Shown here in pieces: positions 37,131 to 46,475 of a stretch of 64,000 nucleotides of DNA. The position numbers were made by a program, and so were the translations under genes. How positions within the stretch are numbered: position 1 is the first letter of the stretch; every line of letters begins with the position of its first letter. The notes beneath the pieces are model-generated. The model searched no databases and had not been told where the DNA came from. It worked only from the letters and a program-made list of their open reading frames with translations. This DNA comes from Acidimicrobiia bacterium (GTDB lineage Bacteria; Actinomycetota; Acidimicrobiia; Spongiisociales; ZC4RG35), in the NCBI GenBank assembly GCA_035513335.1, contig DATKCE010000021.1, positions 5,745-69,744 of the forward strand. The letters are read 5' to 3'.

Positions 37131-39865
37131 GGTCGACGCCTCCCCCAGACGATCATGCCGATCGCCCCGACCAGGAGGGCCAGTGTCGCCCCGGGAGGGA
37201 CGTAGTCGATCGACTGTGGCGAATACCAGGCCCGGCCCGGGCTCCCGTCGACCGACCCGGACCAATCGGCGCGGGTGCCGTCGGGCTCCCAACCTTCGCC
37301 GTGATTGAAGGCGATGGAGACGTCGCCGTCGGTGCGGTCCCCGGAGAATCCGGTGCCCGATCGGGTCCAGGTCACTTCGTCGTTGCCGGCCAGCGGCGCC
37401 GCTTCCCCGTTCTCGTAGACCCGGGAATCTGGGTCGAGAGGAGTGGGGACCAGGTCGAGCTGAGCCCGGAGAGCTTCGTCGAGCACGAACGTGGGGCCTT
37501 CCAGCACCACCCAATCGATTGCGAACGGAGCGAGGGCCGCTCCCGGTCGGAGCTCGGCGCCGGAGCCGATCTCGGCGAGAACGGTCTCGAGACGCTCGTC
37601 GCCCTCCTGGCGCTCCGGCAGCCAGACCTCGTCCTGAGTTGTGCCCTGGCCGTCGAGGAGTCGATACCAGAACCCGGGCCCGGATCGAGCCTCACCGGGG
37701 ATCGAGTCCCTATCGACCGAGGCATAGAGGATGCGGCCCGGACCATGATCGTCGGCGAGGGTCACCGAGAATGCCAGCCTCTCGTTGAGATCGCCGTCCG
37801 GCAAGCCCAGTCTCCCGTTGCCAACCGTCCCCAGGGAGACCACCATGATGGCGGCCGCGCCGACGGCGGCAACCAGCCGGACCGGGTCGCGGGAGAACGA
37901 GTCGAGTGCGGCGGCCACCACGAGTGCAGCACCTAGAGACCCCGTGATCAGGACCGCCTCCTGCAGACCAGGGCCGAGGGCGAGCCCGCGGGCCAGGGCC
38001 AACATCGTCAATGCGATGACACCACCGGTGAGGCCCACCGTGCGGATCCGGCCCTCGGCCAGGAACAGAGGGACCGCGCCCACGAGGATCAAGATCGGCC
38101 ACAGCTGATCCACCGGGGCGTAGACGGCTCGTGACCCGTCGAAGACCCACCGCGGATCGGCTGCCAGGAAAGCGGCTCCGGACAAACCCCCGACCACAGA
38201 GATCAGGCCGAGAAGGACCCCGCCCCGGTCACCGCCGAACAGACGCCACACCAGCACCACCAGCAACGGGACGAGAGCGAGCAGTGGAGAGAAGGACGCC
38301 ACCACCAGGGCGGTGAGCAGCGCCCATCCGACGTAGGTGAGCCGGCTCCGGCCGAACTCATGGGGATGGACGAACGTGGCGCGCACCGCCCAGGGGAGAA
38401 ACGCCGCCGCCGCCAACGCGAGCCACGACCCGCGACCCACTAGCACTGCCGTCCCCGGTCCCGCGATCACCACCAGGCCGGCCAGGTAGCGACCGGGGCC
38501 GCTCAATCCGAGGCGGCCGCCGAGACGACCGACACCGATGATGCCCACCAACGCCGTGCCGATGGTCAGCAAGGCTCGGGCAGCGTCGGCGGCGCCGAAC
38601 CAGATCAGCGAGAGCAGGCCGGTCAGCCCGACCGATGGGTGCACCGGGGCGGAGGAGCCGAGCCCGGCTTCGTTCCAGCCGGCGAACCACCGCTCGAGCG
38701 CCACCGTGGCGGGCTCGAACGGGAACGAGAGGCCGGAGTTTGCCATCCCGGTGAAGACGATCGCCCGAGCCGAGACGAGGGCGATGACCGCCGCCACGAC
38801 CGCCCCCCAGATGCCCGGGGAGCCCCACAATCGACGCGACCTCCGTGCTAGCGCCTGGTCGTCGTCGAACATCGACAGGACCCGCCCACTCACCTCTTCC
38901 CCGATCGTCCGGAGACGGATCGAGCCCTTTGCCTGGAAGCGGAAGAGCTCCTCGTCGCCTTCCGAGCGGATCGACCGCAGCCGGCGCCGTTGCCTCAACG
39001 TCGAGTACAGGTGGATGAGATTCCAGATCCACGACAGGAGGTGGCGGACCAGAGGCTGCCAGCGCAGGAGTAAGAGGCTGGCCACCGAGTCGAAGACCGA
39101 CACCAGCAGGTCGTAGGGCACGACCCAGAGCAGCGTCAGGGGTCGGTATGCGATGAGCATGGCCCGGAGCCGCCCGGCCTGTTCCCGCCAGCCCTTGCCC
39201 CGCTGGCCGCAGCGCGCCTGGTGATACACCTCGGACGAAGGGACGCTGATCACCTTGCCCCCGGCCAGCCTGGTCCGCTGTGAGAAGTCGAGACCGGCGG
39301 CTACCGGCGGCAGCAGCGGGTCGAGACCGCGCAGACCCTGGGCGAGGTCACGGCGCACCAGCATCGACGCCGACTGCACGAAGGCGACCTCGCGGACCAC
39401 GTCGTACTGCTGGAGGTCGATCTCGCCCTCGTCGAGCCCCGAGTAGGGCTCGCCGAACACGTCGGTGGCGCCACCCACCGACTCCAGCTCGTCCATCGTC
39501 CCTGCCTTGAGCAGCTTGGAGCCGGCCAGAGACGCTTCGTTCCGCTCGATCTCTGAGATCAGTGCCCCCAACGCATCGGGGCGGGGGCGGGCGTCGGCGT
39601 GGAGCAGCCACACGTAGTCGAACGACGAGTCGGTGGAGCCGATCGCCTCCTCGAGAGTCTCTGCCGTGGCCACCCCTGCGTCGAGATCGAGATCCTCGCC
39701 CACGACCACGACCACGACGTCGGGGGCGGGCTCGTAGACTTGTCTCCCGACCACGGCCATTGCCGCCTCGAGGTCGGCATCTGCCACCGCCGTGATGACA
39801 ACACGCACGCGGGGCGCGTCGGATACCTCGTCGAGGGTCTCGTCGTCCGCTAGTGCTCTGGCCAT
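37127..39865 (-). CDS. glycosyltransferase family 2 domain fused to a large multi-TM domain (912 aa)
   Basis: N-terminal GT2 features (VRVVITAV.., YVWLLHADARP), then many TM helices and a C-terminal extracytoplasmic region. Confidence 0.85.
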   Translation of the reverse strand: MARALADDETLDEVSDAPRVRVVITAVADADLEAAMAVVGRQVYEPAPDVVVVVVGEDLDLDAGVATAETLEEAIGSTDSSFDYVWLLHADARPRPDALGALISEIERNEASLAGSKLLKAGTMDELESVGGATDVFGEPYSGLDEGEIDLQQYDVVREVAFVQSASMLVRRDLAQGLRGLDPLLPPVAAGLDFSQRTRLAGGKVISVPSSEVYHQARCGQRGKGWREQAGRLRAMLIAYRPLTLLWVVPYDLLVSVFDSVASLLLLRWQPLVRHLLSWIWNLIHLYSTLRQRRRLRSIRSEGDEELFRFQAKGSIRLRTIGEEVSGRVLSMFDDDQALARRSRRLWGSPGIWGAVVAAVIALVSARAIVFTGMANSGLSFPFEPATVALERWFAGWNEAGLGSSAPVHPSVGLTGLLSLIWFGAADAARALLTIGTALVGIIGVGRLGGRLGLSGPGRYLAGLVVIAGPGTAVLVGRGSWLALAAAAFLPWAVRATFVHPHEFGRSRLTYVGWALLTALVVASFSPLLALVPLLVVLVWRLFGGDRGGVLLGLISVVGGLSGAAFLAADPRWVFDGSRAVYAPVDQLWPILILVGAVPLFLAEGRIRTVGLTGGVIALTMLALARGLALGPGLQEAVLITGSLGAALVVAAALDSFSRDPVRLVAAVGAAAIMVVSLGTVGNGRLGLPDGDLNERLAFSVTLADDHGPGRILYASVDRDSIPGEARSGPGFWYRLLDGQGTTQDEVWLPERQEGDERLETVLAEIGSGAELRPGAALAPFAIDWVVLEGPTFVLDEALRAQLDLVPTPLDPDSRVYENGEAAPLAGNDEVTWTRSGTGFSGDRTDGDVSIAFNHGEGWEPDGTRADWSGSVDGSPGRAWYSPQSIDYVPPGATLALLVGAIGMIVWGRRRP

Positions 39866-39933
39866 TGATGTTGGCGATGTTCAGGGCGAGCCAGGGGCGC
39901 CGATGGCAAGGACGCAGGACGCAGGCGCACCCG
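39850..39933 (-). promoter_or_regulatory. duplicated leader block R2 (68 nt upstream plus first 16 nt of CDS)
   Basis: 80/84 identical to 35062-35145. Confidence 0.8.
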
Positions 39934-40105
39934 GAGGTGCGTCAAGGACGAGGACGCAGCAAGCGGTGTCATCTGGCCGTCCTGAACGCGGCGAACGTCG
40001 GTGGTCGGGGCACAAGCTGCGGAGTCGGTTGGGACATGCGAGCTGCCATTGTGAACGGGTGCACGGCACTGAGCAATATCGAGTGGTCGAGCTGAGAGGC
40101 GGAGA

Positions 40106-41011
40106 ATGAAGATCGTCCAACTGTCAGGCGGTGTGGGAGGGGCGCGCCTGGCGCGCGGATTCGCCGCTCACTCCGATGTCGAGCTGACGGTCGTGGTCAA
40201 CGTGGGTGACGACTCCCACAACCACGGTCTCCACATCTCCCCCGATATCGACACGGTGATCTACGCCCTCGCCGGGATCGAAGGCCCAAACGGGTGGGGA
40301 CGCGCCGGGGACACATTCGCCCTCAACGAGGAGCTCGCCCGCTTCGGCGTGGACAACACATTCCAACTCGGCGATCGCGACCTCGCCCTCAAGTTGTATC
40401 GCACCCACGCGCTGAGTTCAGGGGCGGCTCTCTCGTCCGTGACCCGGACCGTCAGCCGCAGCTTTGGCGTCGAGGCGGTGGTCCTGGGGGTGACCGATGA
40501 CCCGCTGCGCACCTCGGTCCGGGTCGCCGACGGCTGGATCGGCTTTCAGGAGTACTTCGTCACCCGCCGCCATCAGGACGAGGTGCTGGAGCTCAGATTC
40601 GACGGTGCCGACAGGGCGCGTCCCGCACCCGGGGTGATCGAGTCGATCGAGGGCGCCGATCGTGTCGTGATCGGCCCATCGAACCCTCCCCTCTCGATCT
40701 GGCCGATCCTGGCGGTCGATGGCGTTCGGGATGCCGTGGCGCGGCATCCCACGGTGGTCGCGGTCAGCCCCCTCGTCGGTGGCAAGACGGTGAGGGGACC
40801 TGCGGATCGGGTGATGGCCTCGCTCGGGCTCCCCCCAGGAAACGCCGGGGTGGCGGCGGCCTATGACGGGTTGATCGACCGACTTGTCATCGACACCAGC
40901 GACGGCGACGATGCCGGATCCATCGAAGGCATCGACGTGACCGTGACCGACACGCTGATCGGCGACCCCGAGGCCGGCACCCGGCTGGCCGGTGAGCTGG
41001 TGGCGGGATGA
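40106..41011 (+). CDS. cofD: 2-phospho-L-lactate transferase
   Basis: 301 aa. MKIVQLSGGVGGARLARGF is the typical CofD/FbiA N-terminus. Followed by cofE with an ATGA overlap. Confidence 0.92.
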   Translation: MKIVQLSGGVGGARLARGFAAHSDVELTVVVNVGDDSHNHGLHISPDIDTVIYALAGIEGPNGWGRAGDTFALNEELARFGVDNTFQLGDRDLALKLYRTHALSSGAALSSVTRTVSRSFGVEAVVLGVTDDPLRTSVRVADGWIGFQEYFVTRRHQDEVLELRFDGADRARPAPGVIESIEGADRVVIGPSNPPLSIWPILAVDGVRDAVARHPTVVAVSPLVGGKTVRGPADRVMASLGLPPGNAGVAAAYDGLIDRLVIDTSDGDDAGSIEGIDVTVTDTLIGDPEAGTRLAGELVAG

Positions 41012-41706
41012 CCCTCGAGATCCACCCGCTCGAAGGTGTCGGCGCAGTCGTCGCCGGCGACGACGTGGCCGCGGTGCTCGAGCCGGCGCTGCGCTCCCTC
41101 GCCCCGAGGGAGGGAGACGTCCTGGTGGTGACCCACAAGATCGTCTCCAAGGCCGAGGGTGCGGTCCGGGAGGTCTCCGGGGACGAGGAGACCTTCAAGA
41201 AGGAGCTGGTCGAGGAGATCGCCCGCTCGATCGTTCGTCGCCGGGGAGACCTGATCATCGCCGAGACCAAGCACGGCTTCGTCTGCGCCAACGCCGGTGT
41301 GGACCGCTCGAACGCGGCACCGGGGACCATGATCCTGCTCCCCGACGACCCCGATCGGTCGGCACACCGGATCCGCACCAGGCTGCAGCGCAGTCTGGGC
41401 GTGGACCTACCGGTGATCGTCTCCGACACGTTCGGCCGACCCTGGCGTCGGGGGCTCACCGACGTCGCAATCGGGGTCTCGGGCCTGGCCCCGATCCTCG
41501 ACCTGATCGGCACCAAGGACTGGACGGGACGCGACCTCGACGTCACCGAGGTGGCGGTGGCCGACGAGCTGGCGGCGGCCGCCGACCTGGTGATGGGAAA
41601 GGCCTCCGGGATCCCCGCGGCGCTGATCCGGGGCTACCAGGGCCCACGCGGTGAGGGCCGCGGGGCAGAGTTGGTCCGCCCCGTCGACGAAGACCTGTTC
41701 CGTTGA
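41008..41706 (+). CDS. cofE: coenzyme F420-0:L-glutamate ligase
   Basis: 232 aa with LVVTHKIVSKAEG and ANAGVDRSN motifs typical of CofE (FbiB N-terminal domain). Confidence 0.9.
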   Translation: MTLEIHPLEGVGAVVAGDDVAAVLEPALRSLAPREGDVLVVTHKIVSKAEGAVREVSGDEETFKKELVEEIARSIVRRRGDLIIAETKHGFVCANAGVDRSNAAPGTMILLPDDPDRSAHRIRTRLQRSLGVDLPVIVSDTFGRPWRRGLTDVAIGVSGLAPILDLIGTKDWTGRDLDVTEVAVADELAAAADLVMGKASGIPAALIRGYQGPRGEGRGAELVRPVDEDLFR

Positions 41707-41709
41707 TTA

Positions 41710-41764
41710 CGCGAACCCAGGGTTCCAGGCCCCGCTCAGCGAAGTCCAGCGCCCTCGGTTCGCC
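41710..41764. repeat. family-1 structured intergenic repeat, single copy, orientation B
   Basis: CGCGAACCCAGGGTTCCAGGCCCCGCTCAGCGAAGTCCAGCGCCCTCGGTTCGCC, between the convergent cofE and ugd. Confidence 0.9.
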
Positions 41765-41770
41765 GGAAGG

Positions 41771-43045
41771 TCACGCTCCCGGTCGCCCCAGGCCCCAGTA
41801 GTCGAGCCCGGCGGCGCGAACCGAGGCCGAGTCGAGGAGGTTGCGGGCGTCCACCACCCGGTGGCCCTTCATCGCCGCCGCCACCCGAGTCATGTCGATG
41901 GTCGAGAACTCGGGCCACTCCGTGGCGACCAGCAGGACGTCGGCGTCGGTCACCGCGGCGATGGGGTCGTCGGCCATGATGAGCTCATCCGACGACGCCT
42001 CCGGGTCGTAGGCCACCACCTCGGCTCCGTCGGCCTGGAGAATGCGGGCGATGCGGAGCGCAGGTGACTCGCGTACGTCGTCGGTGCCTGCCTTGAAGGC
42101 GACTCCCCACATGGCGATCCGGCGCCGGTGCAACCCGCCTCCCGCCGCCTGGCGCACCTTCTCGGCGACCCGGCGACGCTGCTCGTGGTCCGCCTCGATG
42201 ACCGCCTTGAGGAGTTGGAAGTCGTAGCCGGCGTCATGGGCGACGCTGATCAGGGCCGCGGTGTCCTTGGGGAAGCACGACCCCCCGTAGCCGGGCCCGG
42301 GCTGGAGGAAGTGGGGCCCGATGCGATGGTCGAGGCCGATCCCGTGGATCACGTCGATGACGTCGGCGCCCACCGCCTCGCAGACGTTGGCCAGGGCGTT
42401 GGCGAAGGTGAGACGGGCGGCGAGATAGGCGTTGTTGGCGTATTTGATCATCTCCGCCGAGGTCGGATCGGTGATCACCACCTCGGTCTCGAGACTCCGG
42501 TACAGGGTGGCGACCCGCTCCGCGTCGGTCGGGTCATAGGCGCCGACGACGATTCGATCCGGCTCCATGAAGTCGTCGACCGCCTTCCCCTCACGCAGGA
42601 ACTCGGGGTGGGAGACCAGCCTCGCCGTGCTCCCCAGGTCGGCGAGACGCTTACGCAAGATGGCCGCCGTGCCTGGAGGCACCGTCGACTTGACCACGAA
42701 GAGGGTGTCGTCACCGACTTCGTTGGCCAGTTGGTCGACCACGCCGAACACATAGCTGAGGTCGGCATGCCCGCCCTCGGATTCCGGGGTGGGGAGGCAG
42801 AGAAAGACCATGTCCACTCCGTCGACTGCGTCGAGGTTGGAGGTGTGGAACGAGATCGTCTCCCGCTCGACGGCTCGCCCGATCAGGTCGGGCAGTCCTT
42901 GTTCGAAGATGGGGACCTCGCCCCGCTCCAACATCGCCACCCGGTCGGCATTCGCCTCACCGACCCGCACCTGATGGCCGAGGTTGGCCAGACCTGCGCC
43001 GGTGACGAGACCGACGTATCCGGCGCCAATGATTGCTACATCCAC
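41771..43045 (-). CDS. ugd: UDP-glucose 6-dehydrogenase
   Basis: 424 aa with N-terminal VAIIGAGYVGLVTG and catalytic GGSCFPKD. Confidence 0.92.
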   Translation of the reverse strand: MDVAIIGAGYVGLVTGAGLANLGHQVRVGEANADRVAMLERGEVPIFEQGLPDLIGRAVERETISFHTSNLDAVDGVDMVFLCLPTPESEGGHADLSYVFGVVDQLANEVGDDTLFVVKSTVPPGTAAILRKRLADLGSTARLVSHPEFLREGKAVDDFMEPDRIVVGAYDPTDAERVATLYRSLETEVVITDPTSAEMIKYANNAYLAARLTFANALANVCEAVGADVIDVIHGIGLDHRIGPHFLQPGPGYGGSCFPKDTAALISVAHDAGYDFQLLKAVIEADHEQRRRVAEKVRQAAGGGLHRRRIAMWGVAFKAGTDDVRESPALRIARILQADGAEVVAYDPEASSDELIMADDPIAAVTDADVLLVATEWPEFSTIDMTRVAAAMKGHRVVDARNLLDSASVRAAGLDYWGLGRPGA

Positions 43046-43080
43046 GAGACACTCATCCTATTGGTAGAAGGCGGGGCGGT

Positions 43081-44340
43081 CTAGGAGGCGTCGGCGCCAA
43101 CGATGACGACCGCGTCGTATCGATTATCGACATTGTCGAATTCGACTACACCAAAACCGAGGGCGGCGGTGATCTGTGAGCCGGCGTCGCTTCCCGTCGG
43201 GACGATGACGGTGGTCTGCTCGTAGGAGTTGGTCCCGGCGTTTCCGATCATCGCCACCTGGAACCCGAGAGACTCGAGACGCTGCGACATCTCACCGGCG
43301 CTCCCCGCCCTCCCGTTTCCGTTCAGCACCTCCACCCGCAGGGCTTGTTCGGCCAGCGGGTTGCCGGCCCGGAAGTTGGCCAACATAGCGTCGGCCTCGG
43401 GCTGTTTGGTGATCTGATAGGACACCCCACCGATGTTCGATGTGGTGGAGGGAAGGGTGGCTCCTTCGATCGATCCGGTGATCACTCCCCGGAAGTCCCA
43501 CAACAGCGAGGCCGGGGAGGCCTCGGCGAGCTTGGAGTCAATGGTCGTGTGCCGTGCCATCGACGTGGCGATGTCACCGGCCTCGGTCACCGACGAAGGG
43601 CTCTTCAGTCGGGCCATGATCGCTTTCATGACCTCCTGCTGCCGCTGGGTGCGCCCGATGTCGTTGGCGTCGACCGACACCCACGAGCCGCCCTGCTGCT
43701 CCTGGTAGCTACGCGAGCGGGCGTAGGCCAGGGCTTGCTCACCGTCGAGTCGCTCGGTGCCCGCCGGGACGTCCAGACCCGACTTGGCATCCCGGGCCGC
43801 ATTCGGGAAGGCGAGCTCGATGCCCCCGATCTCGTCGATCAGGGCCTGGAACCCGACGAAGTCGACCTCCACGTAGTGGTTCACGCCGACGTTCAGGTTC
43901 GACTTGATCGTCTCGACGAGGAGCGAGGGGCCACCGAATGCGTAGGCGGCGTTGATCTTGTTGGTCCCGTGTCCCGGAATCTCGACCCGCAGGTCGCGGG
44001 GGATGCTGAGCATCTGCGTCGAGCCCGAGGAGTCGGCCCGGACCAACATCACTACGTCGCTGCGGGCACCGCCAACGCGGCCGAAGTTTGTCAGGTCGTC
44101 CAGTCCCTCTCTCGTATCCGACCCCACCAGGAGGAACACGAGCTCGCCGTTGGTGGCCGGGTCCAGAACCTGCACCACGTCGTCGTCGGTGTCGGCTCCG
44201 GTGAGGAGAGTGCTCCCGGTCCGGACGGCCCAGATGACCGCGAGCAGGCCGAGATTGGCCACCACGAGCAGAGCGATGATGGTGACCTTGAGCCACTTGG
44301 GGAGACCCGAGCGCGCGGGAGGATCTGACGTATGGGCCAT
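43081..44340 (-). CDS. LCP (LytR-CpsA-Psr) family cell-envelope glycopolymer transferase
   Basis: N-terminal TM segment, LCP core (LLVGSDTR..RSDVVMLV..SIPRDL..NKINAAY) and a LytR_C-like tail. Confidence 0.9.
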   Translation of the reverse strand: MAHTSDPPARSGLPKWLKVTIIALLVVANLGLLAVIWAVRTGSTLLTGADTDDDVVQVLDPATNGELVFLLVGSDTREGLDDLTNFGRVGGARSDVVMLVRADSSGSTQMLSIPRDLRVEIPGHGTNKINAAYAFGGPSLLVETIKSNLNVGVNHYVEVDFVGFQALIDEIGGIELAFPNAARDAKSGLDVPAGTERLDGEQALAYARSRSYQEQQGGSWVSVDANDIGRTQRQQEVMKAIMARLKSPSSVTEAGDIATSMARHTTIDSKLAEASPASLLWDFRGVITGSIEGATLPSTTSNIGGVSYQITKQPEADAMLANFRAGNPLAEQALRVEVLNGNGRAGSAGEMSQRLESLGFQVAMIGNAGTNSYEQTTVIVPTGSDAGSQITAALGFGVVEFDNVDNRYDAVVIVGADAS

Positions 44341-44535
44341 GGGGGGAGTTAGACGAACGACAGATTACCGCCGGTTCCTGACTTAACCGCGGCGATCCTC
44401 CCCCCTCCCCGGCTACGCCGGTACTTCCCCCGCTGGGGGGAGAGACTCCGACTCCAGGAGCGAAGCGACGTTGGGGGTCGGAGGGGGCCATCAAAACAGT
44501 TAACGTTCCCTGCGACCGAACGGAGGTTCCAACCC

Positions 44536-45273
44536 TTGGCAGTGCTGTCCCACGAGGGCACATATCCGATCATGTACGCGTCCTGGCCGATCCCGGTGGG
44601 ATCGTCGCACCGCAACGGCTACATCTCCCGTCCCGACGAGGCGGGGAAGGTCCCGGTCGTGTTCGTGGTCCCCGATCTCGACGGAATGGGGAGCTTCGAA
44701 AAGGACCTCTGCCGCCGTCTGGCGCGCGAGGGTTTCGCCGCCCTCACCATCGACATCTATGGGGAGAACGGCGACCCCCTCGAGCTCTACCACTCCATCA
44801 CCGACGACCAGGCTCTGTTCGTGCTCGACGAGCTGCACCAGTTCCTGGTCTCCGACGACGTCGACTGGAACGTCGAAGACCGGGTCGGGATCCTGGGCAT
44901 CGACGTCGGCGGCCGTTTCGGTCTGATCAAGGCGGCAACGAGAGACTGGGCCCGCTCGCTGGCGCTCTGTTCCACGCCACTGACCGGGGACGAGGAGAGG
45001 GAGCACCAGGTGGCCGAGTATCTGGACCATCTCCCGGTGCCGGTCCTGGGGCTGTACGGCGCCGACGATGAGTTGATCGATGCAAAGTCGGTCGACGAGG
45101 CCCAGCGGCGCAACGACCACGGGCAGTGGCTGCTCTACGAGGGAGTCGGCCACCGCTTCCTCGACATCGACGGAGAGGGTTTCGATCAGTCGGCGGCGGA
45201 CGACGCTTTCGCCCGCCTGGTCGCGTTCTTCAGAGGTTCTCTGGCCAAAGCCGAGATCGAAGAGCTCGGCTGA
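44536..45273 (+). CDS. dienelactone hydrolase family protein
   Basis: 245 aa, alpha/beta-hydrolase-like layout (VVFVVPDLDG...GADDELI...GVGHRF). The start could be ATG 44572. Confidence 0.7.
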   Translation: MAVLSHEGTYPIMYASWPIPVGSSHRNGYISRPDEAGKVPVVFVVPDLDGMGSFEKDLCRRLAREGFAALTIDIYGENGDPLELYHSITDDQALFVLDELHQFLVSDDVDWNVEDRVGILGIDVGGRFGLIKAATRDWARSLALCSTPLTGDEEREHQVAEYLDHLPVPVLGLYGADDELIDAKSVDEAQRRNDHGQWLLYEGVGHRFLDIDGEGFDQSAADDAFARLVAFFRGSLAKAEIEELG

Positions 45274-45292
45274 AGACGAAGCCGGAGCCGAC

Positions 45293-45511
45293 CTAGACGT
45301 CGCCGGTCTGGTCGTCGGCGGCGGGCCCTGCGTCCTCCTTGCGCTCCCGGGCAGCCCGGACCATCGCGGCGCCGGTTGCGAGTGCCCCTCCGGCGATCGG
45401 AAGCACCTGTTCGAGGGGAAGGCCGGTGAAGGGGAGTTGGCCGGAGACCACTTCGTCGTCGTTCTCGATCTCGACGTCCAAGACCTCGTCCTCGATAGAG
45501 CCGTCGCTCAC
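45293..45511 (-). CDS. hypothetical small protein with LPFTG-hydrophobic-RAARERK C-terminal pattern
   Basis: 72-aa track ORF with a GTG start, GC-rich third positions and a weak SD. No signal peptide. Confidence 0.35.
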   Translation of the reverse strand: MSDGSIEDEVLDVEIENDDEVVSGQLPFTGLPLEQVLPIAGGALATGAAMVRAARERKEDAGPAADDQTGDV

Positions 45512-45778
45512 TTCGGGCTCGGTCGTCTCGGGGACCGGACTAGTCGCCTGAGCGAACTGGTGCTGTCATCGCGTAGGAGAACATCTGTGGGGTGACCCAG
45601 CTCCCAGACCCAGCAGCGTTCCACGCTTGAGAGCGTCCCGGCGGGTGATGCCTCGTCCAGCTTCGTCAGGCGTTGCCCCCGCCCCCCAGTCTCCTTGCCT
45701 CATCTGCCGGATTCAACCACCCCGACGCGGCGAAACAATGGATCGTCTGACCCAAATTCTCCCCGACCGACCCCACCA

Positions 45779-46432
45779 TCATCGGACGTGGCTCACCGCA
45801 CCCGAGTAGAGGGTCTCCCGCCCCGTCGACGTCTCCACGACCAGGGCACCGTCGTCGGCCACGTCGACCGCTCGTCCCGCTCCGTCGGGCTCCCAGGTGA
45901 TGTCGCGCCCGATCGTGGCGCAAGCCCGGCGGTACTCGTCGATCTGCCAGCCCTTCCCGTCGATCGCCTCCATCAGCTCCGCCCCCCACAGGGCACCGAT
46001 CTCGGCGTGAGCCTCCTCCCCCGGGTCTTCTGGGAACAGGGCATCCATCCCGTCTGGGGGCGACGGCCACCACAGGTTCAACCCGAGGCCGACCACGGTG
46101 GTGTCGCCCGTACGCTCCACCAGGATCCCGCCCACCTTGGCATGGTCCACCACCACGTCGTTGGGCCATTTCAGAGCGGTTCCCTCCGTGGCGCGCGCCG
46201 CGGCGACACCGGCCATCAGCGACAGCGGACGCTCCTCACCCTCGGCGTGACGAAAGGCGAGTGATGCGGCCAGTGCCCGATCGGCGGTGAGCCACTCCGC
46301 ACCGGACCTCCCTCTCCCCCATGTCTGTCCAGAGGCGAGCACCAGCACCGGGAGGTCATCGAGCCTCTCCCGCGCCACGTCCTGGGTGGATGACACGCGA
46401 TTGACCCGCAGCTGGAAATATGGTGTAGCCAA
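45779..46432 (-). CDS. birA: biotin--[acetyl-CoA-carboxylase] ligase
   Basis: 217 aa with the GRGRSGAEW biotin-binding loop. No N-terminal HTH (group I type). Confidence 0.85.
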   Translation of the reverse strand: MATPYFQLRVNRVSSTQDVARERLDDLPVLVLASGQTWGRGRSGAEWLTADRALAASLAFRHAEGEERPLSLMAGVAAARATEGTALKWPNDVVVDHAKVGGILVERTGDTTVVGLGLNLWWPSPPDGMDALFPEDPGEEAHAEIGALWGAELMEAIDGKGWQIDEYRRACATIGRDITWEPDGAGRAVDVADDGALVVETSTGRETLYSGAVSHVR

Positions 46433-46475
46433 CTTGTCTCCTGATGAGTCTGATATCTGAGGTTACGGAGGAGTA

